Below, one piece after another: positions 1-10,255 of a DNA stretch of 64,000 bases (the first letter of the stretch is position 1; each line of letters begins with the position of its first letter). Source of the stretch: Thermoplasmata archaeon (GTDB taxonomy: Archaea > Thermoplasmatota > Thermoplasmata > Thermoplasmatales > Thermoplasmataceae); contig JAJZJZ010000001.1 in the NCBI GenBank assembly GCA_021809755.1, forward strand, positions 24,204-88,203, given 5' to 3'. The translations under genes and the position numbers were made by a program. A model generated the notes under the pieces. The model ran no database searches and had not been told where the DNA came from. It was given only the letters and a program-made list of their open reading frames with translations.

Positions 1-270
1 GATGCAGATGTTGTATATACAGACGTTTGGATTTCCATGGGTGAAGAGAAGCAAAAAGAAATTAAGGAGAAGGCCTTTAAACCTTTTCAGGTAAATGCGG
101 ACCTTGTTTCAGAGGCAAAAAAAGATTACATCTTTATGCATTGCCTTCCTGCACATAGGGGATTGGAAGTCACAGATGAGGTTGCAGATAGCATCAACAG
201 TGTTATATTCCAGGAAGCTGAAAATAGATTGCACAGTGCAAAAGCGGCATTCATTACACTGTTGTCCTGA
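1..270 (+). CDS. argF: ornithine carbamoyltransferase, C-terminal fragment (5' end lies outside window)
   Basis: Frame 1 is open from base 1. Translation [16 protein letters not shown]...[17 protein letters not shown] carries the HCLPxxRGxE carbamoyltransferase motif. Stop at 268-270. Confidence 0.8.
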   Translation, partial: DADVVYTDVWISMGEEKQKEIKEKAFKPFQVNADLVSEAKKDYIFMHCLPAHRGLEVTDEVADSINSVIFQEAENRLHSAKAAFITLLS

Positions 271-278
271 TACTCAAT

Positions 279-297
279 AAAAAAAAATTTTTATTTT
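279..297. terminator. putative bidirectional oligo-T terminator between convergent genes
   Basis: A9 (279-287) followed by T5-A-T4 (288-297) sits between the argF stop (268-270) and the M50 stop (300-302). This gives a T-run just 3' of each gene on its own strand, the usual archaeal termination signal. Confidence 0.4.
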
Positions 298-299
298 GA

Positions 300-920
300 T
301 TAAATTAATCCTCTTACAACGTATATTTCAGTTAATATTGCAAGTGAAATTATAATTATGTATGGTCTAAAATCCCATTTAAGAACCTTGTATCCATCAA
401 GAGGAGGAATTGGAATTAAGTTGAACAGGCACATTATTGCATTTATCTCACCAACGTAAAGGGTTATACCATGGGCGTAGCCTGTAAGAACAGAGGATGA
501 CGCCATGAATAATATCCCAAGGATGAGGTTAGTAGCAGGGCCTGCCAAAGCAACAATACCAATATGCTGAGGTTTGTCTATTGCATATATCTGAACGGCT
601 CCTGGAGCTGCAAAGAGGAAACCGAAAGGGCTGGTAATAAGGGAAAGAAGTAATCCCAGTGGCCAAAGCCTGAAATGCGCAGCACCCCCATATCTTATGG
701 CCACCTGTCTATGGGCCAATTCGTGCATAAGAAATGCAGTTATTGCACCAAGAAAACCAATTGGAACTAAATAATAAAGAGTAAAGTAACTATTCACTGC
801 AACGTTAAAATCTGCCGTCAGGGCTATGGTAAACGCACTTCCTAAGACTATTACTGCAGTTATAATGTCGACAAACTCATTTTTACTAAAAATTGCGTCT
901 CTGAACATAATTATCTCCAT
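300..920 (-). CDS. M50 family (site-2 protease-like) intramembrane metalloprotease
   Basis: HExxH inside a hydrophobic segment (LMHELAHRQV) plus NLIPIPPLDG (NxxPxxxLDG). Multiple TM segments and no PDZ domain. ATG 920 overlaps the stop of the upstream gene by 10 nt (alternative ATG at 908). Confidence 0.75.
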   Translation of the reverse strand: MEIIMFRDAIFSKNEFVDIITAVIVLGSAFTIALTADFNVAVNSYFTLYYLVPIGFLGAITAFLMHELAHRQVAIRYGGAAHFRLWPLGLLLSLITSPFGFLFAAPGAVQIYAIDKPQHIGIVALAGPATNLILGILFMASSSVLTGYAHGITLYVGEINAIMCLFNLIPIPPLDGYKVLKWDFRPYIIIISLAILTEIYVVRGLI

Positions 921-3900
921 GGATTCATTTTTGACACATAATCCATAAGTGCAAGGAGATCCAAGGATCTATTGAGACCTATGTCAAACCTTGCTATTAT
1001 ATTTAAAGGATCTGGCATTAAATTTTCCTTCATAGCTATCCTCAACATTCTGTTTAAATCCTCATCATCAATTTTTGCCATCCTTTTTTCCTTAAGCATT
1101 CTTCTTATGTAAATATAAAGGTTCTTGGCGACTAAGGGGTCTTTCCTTTGCATCATATTGAAAAGAACTGATATTGTGACCTCGTTGATACTTCTTACGT
1201 GTGTCTTCTTTCTAATCAGTTTTAGCGTTTCCTTTCCAAGAGCATCGTATGCTTCTGCAGGCAATTTAACATCCTCATCCATTTCCTTGAAAAACTGAAA
1301 AACTTCATTGGCAATTTCCACTGGTATTTCAGCCTTTATTATGGCTTCTCTTTGATCTAACTTTCTTCCGGCCTTGAATTCAAGCTTCATTATCCTCACT
1401 GCAAAATAAAGAACTTCTGCAAACTCTTCCTTTTTCCTTAGTAGTTCCTCATATTCGTCAAAGCGATCCTGAGGAATCAGTTTATTATGAAGTTTGGATA
1501 TTAATTTCTCAGCCCGATCATAAAATTCGAGTTCTATCATAGATCGAACGATGTAATTTATTGAATCCTTGTTTATTAGCATGGGATAGTCATCAAAACC
1601 CTTCATAACAACATCAAACATTCTGGCATTGAAATTTATCTCAGCGAAGACGGTGAATAGCTGTTTCAAATCCTCAGCCTTGAAATTTTCCTTAAGGAGC
1701 CTTTTCAGTATAGCATTTGCTTCTTCTTCTCTCGCAAGTTTAGCCAAAGTTTCACATAGCATGATTGCATTTTCTATGTCATTTGGAGCATTTTTCAGAA
1801 TGTTCTTCATAATCTGAATTGCTTTTTCTGAGTCTCTGGAATCCAGTAGTTTCCGTGCAATCAACCTACCAAGAACAGGATTACCATCTCTTTCATAGAG
1901 AGAAATAAGGCTATTCCGGACCTCAGAATTTTTCCAAAGAGTTAAGGTAATAAAAGAATAAACTTCGTCATCAGACGGTCCCTTAGCTTTCTTATTCCTC
2001 AGCATGTTAATGATTCTTTCTATTTCTCCAGATCTTACATACAACTTCACTTCTAGAATCCCTTTGTCTTTCATCCGAGAAATTATTCTAGAAGCATCGC
2101 TATACTTTCCTAGTTCTATGAGGCAGTCAGCGTAACCTGGCATCTTGTCCGGGTCAAATCCCTCTGCATCAGCCTTATTGTAATGGTATATTGCGTTTTC
2201 AAATTCTCCCTTTGATTGATAATAATCCCCAAAACTTGCGTGAATTTCTCCATTCAAATCTGTTCCTGAGAGGATTTCAATGACTTCCTCGATCATTGAT
2301 CCTTTTCCGGATCTCTTTAAGACAGCTAGGTATGTCATCACGTCCCGTGCATTTCTCTCCTGCATTGAAATTATATTTTTTGAAAGTTCTATGGCTTTAG
2401 GATCATCCATGATTTCAATGTAATGATCCCTTCTAATTCTCATTGTGAAGATGTTGTCCTTTCCTGAGTAATCAAACAGATCAATTATATTGCTGCACAC
2501 TTCAGCAGACATCTTCCTTGAAAATTCATATATATGGGAAAATGGAAGTACATCAAAGCCACCCATTTTTATTATCTTCTCAGTCTCTGCAATAACATGT
2601 TTATCGTCTCCTGCGTTTATATATTCCTTAAGCAAGTAACACCTAAACGTCGCAGAATCTAATAGGGAAAGAGCTTTTTCCAAGCTTTTTGAGGCATTAC
2701 TGGTGTTACCCTGATTTCCGGAAATAACTCCTTCCAGATAATAGTAGTATGGATCAGGATTTCTTGGATTAGTAGATTTTACTAATGTTTCTGAGGCTTC
2801 CTTAAATTTTTTCATGGAAATAAGGATTTGAGTATTGGGGTAGTTAAGATATGGATAATCTTCTATATTTTTAAGAACACCTCCCTTTTTAATTTCTTTG
2901 ATGGTTTCTCTGATTGGATCAATAAGGTTTCTTGCACATTTATATACATTCTGGTCAATGTTTGAATCTGGATCTGCCATAATTGATGGAAGGCTGATTA
3001 TTGTACCCAGTTTTTCTGAGCAAGAATTATAGACTATATTTCTTAATTTGTCAGAGTTCATAGGGATCCCCTTTGCCCAAGATACTATTGAATTAATTAT
3101 TTCAATTTCGGAGTCAGAGACAAATTCCCTTAACGGTTGAAGCTGCTTGATCTGCTCTTCTGTTCTTATGGTTTCTATTAGAGCATCTGCAACATGTCCA
3201 TCTGAAATATTCACAGAATATTTCTTAACATATTGCACCATGGCATCAACTCCATTTACAAACAGATTTGCAGATGCTGCCATGGGTCTAAATTGCGAAA
3301 TGATGGTTTCATTAATGGTTTTTTCATAGAACTCTATAAATTGCTTATAATTCTTGTTTAAATAAAATGCATTTAAAAGCAGTCTTGCAGATTTATCATC
3401 GCCAGGATCATTTTCAAATATTCTTTGTGCAGTATTTATGGCATCAGATCCTCTATTCAGGGTTGATTGTATAAACAGCCGAGCTTCTAGGACCTCCCTT
3501 GAATTCTGAAACAGGTTCTCCATTTCAGTAAGCTTTTTGTTTGCCAGATCGAATTTTGAATCCCTTGCTAAGAACGTGATGAAATATTTCCAAAGAATCT
3601 GATTTCCCTGAATAGTATCCTGTGCATTTGTTAAAATATCTAAAGGCACTCTATAATTATTAATTCGCTCTCCTGCCACACACAGGAGAAGAAGCAAATC
3701 CTCGCTTTTTTTGCTCACGGCTTCTTTTTGCTGCAGAAAATAGAGGCATTCTTCTGGTCTGTCCAGTGAAAGAAGCGACTTTGCCTTTACTAATATAATT
3801 CCTGGGGTTTCAAAACCTGAGTTTAGGAGTTCGTTTGAAAGAATCAAGGCCTGTTCACTTTCCCCGGCCTGATCGTATAATTCAGCAAGAGAATTTTTCT

Positions 3901-4609
3901 GTGCACTATCATCTATTTTTCTTATATCAATGGTGCTTAGAACATCCTTCATAGCATTAATATCTCCAAGTTTCCTTAGTGTGGAAGCAAGTTCAATAGT
4001 GTAAACTTGGTTATTAGTAGCTATTCTTAAAAGCTTTAAAAACTCCGCAAGTTCCATTAATTTTTGCTTTTCTTTGAAATTTTTTATTATTATTGAATTA
4101 ATCACTTCTGTCTGTCTTCCAGATACATATTCAGAAAAAAGCTCTCTATCAAACCTTCCGTTCATTGAAAATATTATTGCTGCATGTTCATAATCATCAG
4201 TCAAAAATGCCATTTTTTTCATGAGATCAGAAGAAGTTGGGAGATTTGGAATAACCGTTTCACCCTTTAGGAACTGTGCAGCCAGTTCGCGATTGTTAGT
4301 CATTACAATAGACTTCATATAATCTAGAACTAGGTTTTCTCTTCGCATGTCAGCGTGCATAAGCGCTTCCATTACTTCTGGGAGTGCAAGTTCTGGATAA
4401 TTTGCAACTAGAGAATCAGCAAGTATTGATAGTCTTTCTCTGGCCTTTTCATTGCCCTGAAAAATCTTGGGAATATCCTGTTCATTTAAAAGTTTTAAAA
4501 AAGTTTTTAACTTCTCTCCCTTTTCAAGTGAATTATTGGATTTAATCACACTATCCAGTGCAGATAACACTCTTTTATCTGAAATTGCATCTGCTGGTTC
4601 ATCTGCCAT
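911..4609 (-). CDS. 1232-aa all-alpha TPR-like repeat protein, function unknown
   Basis: Long uninterrupted ORF. TPR-consensus stretches are present, e.g. ASFGDYYQSKGEFENAIYHYNKADAEG and YADCLIELGKYSDASRIISRM. No TM segment or enzymatic motif recognised. Confidence 0.65.
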   Translation of the reverse strand: MADEPADAISDKRVLSALDSVIKSNNSLEKGEKLKTFLKLLNEQDIPKIFQGNEKARERLSILADSLVANYPELALPEVMEALMHADMRRENLVLDYMKSIVMTNNRELAAQFLKGETVIPNLPTSSDLMKKMAFLTDDYEHAAIIFSMNGRFDRELFSEYVSGRQTEVINSIIIKNFKEKQKLMELAEFLKLLRIATNNQVYTIELASTLRKLGDINAMKDVLSTIDIRKIDDSAQKNSLAELYDQAGESEQALILSNELLNSGFETPGIILVKAKSLLSLDRPEECLYFLQQKEAVSKKSEDLLLLLCVAGERINNYRVPLDILTNAQDTIQGNQILWKYFITFLARDSKFDLANKKLTEMENLFQNSREVLEARLFIQSTLNRGSDAINTAQRIFENDPGDDKSARLLLNAFYLNKNYKQFIEFYEKTINETIISQFRPMAASANLFVNGVDAMVQYVKKYSVNISDGHVADALIETIRTEEQIKQLQPLREFVSDSEIEIINSIVSWAKGIPMNSDKLRNIVYNSCSEKLGTIISLPSIMADPDSNIDQNVYKCARNLIDPIRETIKEIKKGGVLKNIEDYPYLNYPNTQILISMKKFKEASETLVKSTNPRNPDPYYYYLEGVISGNQGNTSNASKSLEKALSLLDSATFRCYLLKEYINAGDDKHVIAETEKIIKMGGFDVLPFSHIYEFSRKMSAEVCSNIIDLFDYSGKDNIFTMRIRRDHYIEIMDDPKAIELSKNIISMQERNARDVMTYLAVLKRSGKGSMIEEVIEILSGTDLNGEIHASFGDYYQSKGEFENAIYHYNKADAEGFDPDKMPGYADCLIELGKYSDASRIISRMKDKGILEVKLYVRSGEIERIINMLRNKKAKGPSDDEVYSFITLTLWKNSEVRNSLISLYERDGNPVLGRLIARKLLDSRDSEKAIQIMKNILKNAPNDIENAIMLCETLAKLAREEEANAILKRLLKENFKAEDLKQLFTVFAEINFNARMFDVVMKGFDDYPMLINKDSINYIVRSMIELEFYDRAEKLISKLHNKLIPQDRFDEYEELLRKKEEFAEVLYFAVRIMKLEFKAGRKLDQREAIIKAEIPVEIANEVFQFFKEMDEDVKLPAEAYDALGKETLKLIRKKTHVRSINEVTISVLFNMMQRKDPLVAKNLYIYIRRMLKEKRMAKIDDEDLNRMLRIAMKENLMPDPLNIIARFDIGLNRSLDLLALMDYVSKMNPWR

Positions 4610-4628
4610 CGAATTACTACAATATTAA

Positions 4629-4640
4629 AGATATATATTA
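4629..4640 (-). promoter_or_regulatory. putative TATA box of the TPR/M50 transcription unit
   Basis: On the minus strand TAATATATAT is centred about 26 nt upstream of ATG 4609, the spacing expected for an archaeal promoter driving a leaderless or short-leader mRNA. Confidence 0.35.
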
Positions 4641-4753
4641 CTTTGCACATCTTTATGCATTCTCACAAACTCATTTATGGAAATTAGCTAAGACACGTTT
4701 TGGATTTGAATTTAATTAGTGTGAATGAAATAATAATAGATACAACGAATACC

Positions 4754-6400
4754 TCATATTAGTAAATGGGATACAACAATATTCGTTCCTATCATGGTGA
4801 TCGATATGAGCCACACCATTGCGACGAAGTGGTGAAGTCCGTGAATCAATTTGCCACCATCGCCGACCTTCAAAGCAGTGCCAGCCACGAAAGCGTGCAT
4901 AAACAAAATAATAACTATAAACAATTCCACCGTAAACATTGTATTTGCAGGCTGAGCAACGAAAATTCCGAGATCATTGATAAAACTGGTTGGAAATGTA
5001 CTGAAGATTCCTCCTATAAAACCAAGGATGGCATAAGATATGGAGAGAGCAAAGGCAAGACCTGCAGAAATACCGTACATAACACCAATAAAACTGCTGA
5101 TACTGGAATGTCTTCTTTTTCTCATTCTTGTCACACGATCGAAATTATCCGCAACTATATCTCCGCATTTTTGTGCATCTGATCCAAGTTCAACACTTTC
5201 AGAAAATGATTCAGAAAATACCTCTACAAGTCTTGATTCTGTATCTGCGCTGAAATCTTTCCATGCAATGAGTGTGTTTATTCTATAGACCAGTCTTTTG
5301 TATAAATCTCGTATGTTTGCGGTCAACTTACCAAAATCGTGAAGCTGTATTTCACCAAGCGCTTCTATTATGATATTTCCTCTGGAAGATGCAGATCCGG
5401 AAAGGGCCCTTATAAAACTGCCGAACATATCCTCTTTTTTCATAATTTCCTTTTCCGAATTCGAACCGATTATGCTTGGTATTGCAAGGGGGGTAATTGC
5501 AACCGCAAATAGGATGTAAAAAGGAATGGAGGAGAAAAATGGGGTCAGGAAAAACACTGCAAGAAGTCCCAATGTCATTAATCCGAATCCTACAAACCAT
5601 ATCTTCAGGACAATTTCAGTATTCGTTCTTATGCCGGTCTTTTGCCATATTGGATCATATGGAAGCACTGTTTTTATTCCTACTACAATCATACTTTCTC
5701 CCATTACCATGGCGAGAATTGCAAGGATCATCATCACATCCATATTTACTGGGATCAGAATGGGCATTATCATGATGAACGCTATCATAAATGCGAAGGC
5801 GAGGAGCATTGAAATGTATATGTCCTTGAAGAGATCGAAAGAATACAAAGCTGAAACATAGTTATTTTCATAGTTTGCCATAACTGTACTCGTTTCCGTC
5901 TTTAGAAATTCTTCAAAATTTTGACCGCTGTCTGTGGCCTGCCCTAACCTTGAGAGAAAATCTGCGAAGAGATCACTTGGTGTCCTTTCGGCCAAGAAAT
6001 TAGATATCTCTCCAAGACTCATCTTCCAATTCTGGGTAAGATTAACTATTTTTTTCAGTTCTTCATTTATATATCCCAACTTTTCTTTCCGTGCAAGAAT
6101 TTTAAGAATTTCTACCCTGTCCGCTCCGCTTACTGCCAGAGTTGCAAAAGCCGTGATAAAAAAAGGTATTGATCCATCTATGTTTATTTTTCTGTTCTGT
6201 CTCTGAACTATGGGATTTAAAAGGCCATAGAGGAGCATTGACATGGATATTGATGCTAGTATAACATATTCTGTACTTTTTGTTTCAATATATAATGGGA
6301 AAAATATTGCTGATATTAAAGTAAAAATCAGTACAACTGCAACACCCTTTGTACTGAATTCAATACCTGTTAAAGCTCCAAGACGTTTAGCCTCATGCAT
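4754..6400 (-). CDS. arlJ: archaellum polytopic membrane platform protein ArlJ (FlaJ)
   Basis: 548 aa with many TM helices and two cytoplasmic T2SS-F-like regions. It is the last gene of the arl operon, abutting arlI (stop 6402, start 6400). Confidence 0.85.
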   Translation of the reverse strand: MHEAKRLGALTGIEFSTKGVAVVLIFTLISAIFFPLYIETKSTEYVILASISMSMLLYGLLNPIVQRQNRKINIDGSIPFFITAFATLAVSGADRVEILKILARKEKLGYINEELKKIVNLTQNWKMSLGEISNFLAERTPSDLFADFLSRLGQATDSGQNFEEFLKTETSTVMANYENNYVSALYSFDLFKDIYISMLLAFAFMIAFIMIMPILIPVNMDVMMILAILAMVMGESMIVVGIKTVLPYDPIWQKTGIRTNTEIVLKIWFVGFGLMTLGLLAVFFLTPFFSSIPFYILFAVAITPLAIPSIIGSNSEKEIMKKEDMFGSFIRALSGSASSRGNIIIEALGEIQLHDFGKLTANIRDLYKRLVYRINTLIAWKDFSADTESRLVEVFSESFSESVELGSDAQKCGDIVADNFDRVTRMRKRRHSSISSFIGVMYGISAGLAFALSISYAILGFIGGIFSTFPTSFINDLGIFVAQPANTMFTVELFIVIILFMHAFVAGTALKVGDGGKLIHGLHHFVAMVWLISITMIGTNIVVSHLLI

Positions 6401-6401
6401 A

Positions 6402-8021
6402 CTAATTACCTGCCAGGATAGCCGCCTCTCCCTGATGATAGAATTTCTTTATGCTTTCAAACACCTCAAAGTAACTGTTCAGATTTCTCTTGATCAATAG
6501 CTCAATTATCCTGGCCCGTTTGAAGAGTTCGTCGTAAATGATCTTCGGATCAGCTAGACCAGCTGTTTGGGCAATTCTTCTTTCAAGGATATATGAATTG
6601 TTCATACCTCTGAAAAGGTGCTTATCAGTGGTAGGATCCCATTGAAACACCTGTTTGGTTGAAACACCGTTTAGTTCCTCATAATACCCCTCAATCTCAT
6701 TTATGCTTGTTGTTCTTCTAAGAAATTTACCATTTACATATACAGCCTGCTGGATGAGAGCTATGTTAAGATTATCCATAAAAGTAACAGGGATATTGAT
6801 TGGAGTACCAGTAAATCTCTGTATCATTCTCTTGACCGAGGCAGCGTGAAAGGTTGCAATAACCGGATGGCCCGTTTGCATAGCCTGGAACGCCATAGAT
6901 CCTTCTGCTCCTCTTATTTCTCCAACTATAATGTAGTTCGGCCTTGATCTCAATGCAGTTTTCAACAGGTCAAAAAGGGTTACTCTGCTCTCCTCTGCGC
7001 CTCTTTCCCTTGTTACAAGCTGTTGCCATGCAGGTTGAGGGCATCTAATTTCCGGGGTATCTTCCGCGCTGAATATTTTTGCTTCAGGTCTGATAAAAGG
7101 AACAAGGGCATTCACCACAGTTGTTTTTCCGCTTGCAGTTTCCCCGCAAACGAAAACACTCTGACCATATTCCAGGGCAAGCCAAAGGTAAGCGGCCTCC
7201 TCAGCTGACATGGTGTTGTATTTAACAAGTTGAATTATACTAATAGGTATATCGGAGAATTTCCTGATAGTAAAACTAGGGCCTCTAATTGACACATCAC
7301 TACTATATACGATTGAAAGTCTTGAACCATCAGGAAGTGTTGCATCAACAATGGGTACCTTATCACTGACTGGCCTTCCAATTCTTTCACTCAATCTTTT
7401 TGAATATGTGGAAAGTCTCTCCATACTACCAAAGACAATGGACGTTTTCAATGTGTCGAAGATCTTATGCACAATAAACACGTCAGACGGTCCTATTCCA
7501 CTTATATCCTCGATGTTTGGATCCCTGATGAGTGGTTCAATTGGACCCAGACCAACAACATCTCTCTTAAGATGGTATAATAGTCTGGGAAAAAACTCCT
7601 TTGTCACTGTTGCTTTGGATCCTGTAATTTTGTTACTGCCACTTACCGATACAACCTTTGAAAACAGGATGTCAATGCTCTTTTCAAGTTCGCTTTCATT
7701 TTTAGGTGCAGGAAATTCTGCAGCTCTCTGCAATATCAATTCCAGTACTCTTTCAAGAAAGTCAGATTCCTCCATGGACATTTCCGGTTCTATTGTTTCG
7801 TAGAATTGTTCACCGTCAATTCTGTAAACATGAATGAAAATTGGATCTCCTACAGGATATACAATATCGAACTCCTTCATCGATTTCATAGAAGAGTCAG
7901 GAACCGTAACGAAATTTGGAGTTCGCTGTCTCTCATTTCTGTATTTCACCAGATGGTTGTACAGATGTGGATTTCTACTAACAGCTTGTTCCAATGTATC
8001 TGATCTTATTCCTGCTTCCAT
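6402..8021 (-). CDS. arlI: archaellum assembly/motor ATPase ArlI (FlaI), type II/IV secretion ATPase family
   Basis: Walker A CGETASGKTT, IIVGEIRG (Asp/His box region), about 540 aa, positioned between arlH and arlJ. Confidence 0.9.
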   Translation of the reverse strand: MEAGIRSDTLEQAVSRNPHLYNHLVKYRNERQRTPNFVTVPDSSMKSMKEFDIVYPVGDPIFIHVYRIDGEQFYETIEPEMSMEESDFLERVLELILQRAAEFPAPKNESELEKSIDILFSKVVSVSGSNKITGSKATVTKEFFPRLLYHLKRDVVGLGPIEPLIRDPNIEDISGIGPSDVFIVHKIFDTLKTSIVFGSMERLSTYSKRLSERIGRPVSDKVPIVDATLPDGSRLSIVYSSDVSIRGPSFTIRKFSDIPISIIQLVKYNTMSAEEAAYLWLALEYGQSVFVCGETASGKTTVVNALVPFIRPEAKIFSAEDTPEIRCPQPAWQQLVTRERGAEESRVTLFDLLKTALRSRPNYIIVGEIRGAEGSMAFQAMQTGHPVIATFHAASVKRMIQRFTGTPINIPVTFMDNLNIALIQQAVYVNGKFLRRTTSINEIEGYYEELNGVSTKQVFQWDPTTDKHLFRGMNNSYILERRIAQTAGLADPKIIYDELFKRARIIELLIKRNLNSYFEVFESIKKFYHQGEAAILAGN

Positions 8022-8030
8022 CCATTCGCC

Positions 8031-8708
8031 TCACGACACGCTTGATATTTCCACTATAAGACCTCTTCCCGGCTCAATCCTATACGGGATTGTCTGCTGA
8101 AAACTGTGTCTGGCCATTGGAAATTTTATAAGATCAATGATATGCTTTCTCTCCCCAAGCATATCCTTGGAATTCAGACTAATTACAGTTGTTGAAAGCT
8201 GGTGAATTTTCAGCAAGGTTTGTTCATCAAAATCAGAAGGATTCAAAGTTACCATTACTATTCTTCCCTCTGAGAATTTCCTCAGTGAACTATAAAACTG
8301 GACAGGTTCAAAATCCTTGAACATGCCTTCTTGAAGTGAATCCAATATGACCACATTCTTCTCCCCTATTTTCCGATTTAAAAGTATTTCCTCTAAACTG
8401 GGTTTCCGGGCTCTCATAAGCACAAATACAGATGTCAGATAGGTAACTCTGTCACTCATTATTGAATCGAAAAGAGGATAACCAAGGGTTTCGCTTTCAG
8501 ATATAAACTCTCTAATGGGGAATTGCGAAGAAACATATGCGACGGTATTTCCATTTTTAACCAATCCATAGGCAAGCCTTATGGAGAAGAGCGTTTTCCC
8601 ATCTCCAACGCCACCCATAACTGTGATTATCTGTCCCTGATACAGGCCACCACCCATTCTTTTTTCAAGCTCATCACTTTCCAATCCAAAATTCAAATAC
8701 ATTTTCAC
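8031..8708 (-). CDS. arlH: archaellum KaiC/RecA-like ATP-binding protein ArlH (FlaH)
   Basis: Walker A GGVGDGKT, about 225 aa, canonical position upstream of arlI. Confidence 0.85.
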   Translation of the reverse strand: MKMYLNFGLESDELEKRMGGGLYQGQIITVMGGVGDGKTLFSIRLAYGLVKNGNTVAYVSSQFPIREFISESETLGYPLFDSIMSDRVTYLTSVFVLMRARKPSLEEILLNRKIGEKNVVILDSLQEGMFKDFEPVQFYSSLRKFSEGRIVMVTLNPSDFDEQTLLKIHQLSTTVISLNSKDMLGERKHIIDLIKFPMARHSFQQTIPYRIEPGRGLIVEISSVS

Positions 8709-9157
8709 ACCTCAAAAATTAGTTGCTTGCTGATCCCGTTATAAATAGTTATGGTCAATGTGTAATATCCCGGGGAAAGCGTCACGTTAGCAATGATTGT
8801 ACCTACTTCCCCAGGTGCTAAACTGCCATTATTTCCCGAATTGCTGAATAGTAGCTGAGAATTCATTATTTCACTCCCGTTGATCATAACATTAACCGTA
8901 TTGTTTGTAAAATAGAATGCCTGGGTTCCAATATTTTTAACATAGAAAGTATAGCCAACTCCCTGCTTGTATGGGATTTGAGAGGGATCATTTATTATTT
9001 TGAAATTATCATCAAGCATGGAAGAAACTTGAGTAGATGAGTTTTTCATCCCGATTGTAAGATCAGATGTTTGGTATGCAAGTGCCCCAACCACAGAAGC
9101 CGTTACTATGAGAGTAGCTATAAAAAATATCAGTTCAGATATACCGGTGGAACTCAT
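8705..9157 (-). CDS. arlG: archaellum stator/accessory protein ArlG (FlaG)
   Basis: 150 aa, N-terminal TM helix (SELIFFIATLIVTASVVGALA) followed by a beta-rich domain. Operon position after arlF, with a 4-nt overlap with arlH. Confidence 0.6.
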   Translation of the reverse strand: MSSTGISELIFFIATLIVTASVVGALAYQTSDLTIGMKNSSTQVSSMLDDNFKIINDPSQIPYKQGVGYTFYVKNIGTQAFYFTNNTVNVMINGSEIMNSQLLFSNSGNNGSLAPGEVGTIIANVTLSPGYYTLTITIYNGISKQLIFEV

Positions 9158-9588
9158 TTGAAAACCACCTCAATGAATTTTTCGTACCCTGTATTGAATA
9201 TGATCAAAACAGAAGTATTACCGCTTGGATAGCTTACTGATATTGATTCTTTCGTTAGTGGGAGAAAATAATTACTTGAGTAAATGAAGTTCATTTCTGT
9301 CCCATTAACTAGGACATTTGATTGTGACATCGTAAGCGCCACACTGCCATTATTTGTCATATTTATGGTTATATTAAATCCTGAAACTCCTTTAATTACG
9401 GAGTAATTGGACACTGAAACCTTTGAATTTTCAAGTCCACATATTATCTTATTTTTATTTGAAAGTGAATTATCAAGCTGAACATTGCCAGTTTGAAATT
9501 GATCATAAACTAAACCAAAAAAAATGAGGGAGGAGCTTAGCAAAATTACCACAGCAACTGCATAGCTAAATCCCATAAAGTTCGTCAA
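9154..9588 (-). CDS. arlF: archaellum stator/accessory protein ArlF (FlaF)
   Basis: MGFSYAVAVVILL... N-terminus typical of FlaF, followed by a beta-rich domain. Operon position. The start may be the internal ATG at 9576. Confidence 0.6.
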   Translation of the reverse strand: MTNFMGFSYAVAVVILLSSSLIFFGLVYDQFQTGNVQLDNSLSNKNKIICGLENSKVSVSNYSVIKGVSGFNITINMTNNGSVALTMSQSNVLVNGTEMNFIYSSNYFLPLTKESISVSYPSGNTSVLIIFNTGYEKFIEVVFK

Positions 9589-10255
9589 CCCCCTTCTTAA
9601 GGCTTCTAAACTCTCTTTCCAGTGTTTCTATTAGCTCTCTGTTTACCTCTTCTCCGTTAAGCTTCTCAATGAACAGCATGGTAATGACATGATCCTGGAT
9701 AGTCGGTTTAATCTTGTATTCCTGAACTGGTCCAAGCATTCCTGTCATTTTGGTAAACCGTGTCATCTGTTCCTTAACCGTGGAGGATATCCATCCCAGA
9801 TTCTCATAATAATCCAGGACATCGAGAGTGTTCTCAGGGCCATAGTTATCCAGCAGGAACTCAAGCCACCTCAAGGCTATGACAAGGGATACAACATCAT
9901 CGCCAACCTTTTCCAGCTTTGGGGCTAAAAAAGGTCTTTCGACGAGTTTGGGTTTTTTCTCTGTATCTTTCCTGTCACCATCCTGAAGATTTCTAGATTT
10001 GCCCGGAGTGAGCATTTTTTCAATTGCGGAAATTTCATCAAAGAGCTTGTCGACCTTTCCAACAAGGGATTTTTCTTTCTGTGCCGAATAGTTTTCTGTT
10101 ATGCTCTGAAAGAGTGCATCAATATCATCCTTGGAGAACTTCTTTTGAGAATTTACAATTCTCTGTTTCAATTCTTCAAGAACAAAGTGTGGTGCTTGCT
10201 CCGAAAGATTTTTTATCTTTTCTTCAACATATCCTTTCATTGCTTCATTTATCAT
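9566..10255 (-). CDS. arlD: archaellum accessory protein ArlD/E (FlaD/E)
   Basis: C-terminal VVSLVIALRWLEFLLDNYGPENTLDVLDYYENLGWIS matches the FlaD/E signature (WLEFL...LDYY..GWI). Confidence 0.75.
   Translation of the reverse strand: MINEAMKGYVEEKIKNLSEQAPHFVLEELKQRIVNSQKKFSKDDIDALFQSITENYSAQKEKSLVGKVDKLFDEISAIEKMLTPGKSRNLQDGDRKDTEKKPKLVERPFLAPKLEKVGDDVVSLVIALRWLEFLLDNYGPENTLDVLDYYENLGWISSTVKEQMTRFTKMTGMLGPVQEYKIKPTIQDHVITMLFIEKLNGEEVNRELIETLEREFRSLKKGVDELYGI

Noticed and set aside
4610-4753. Treating the TPR/M50 pair as the distal part of the archaellum operon
   Set aside because: A 144-bp gap holds a well-positioned TATA box about 26 nt upstream of the TPR ATG, which argues for a separate transcription unit. 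It is kept only as a positional association in the findings.
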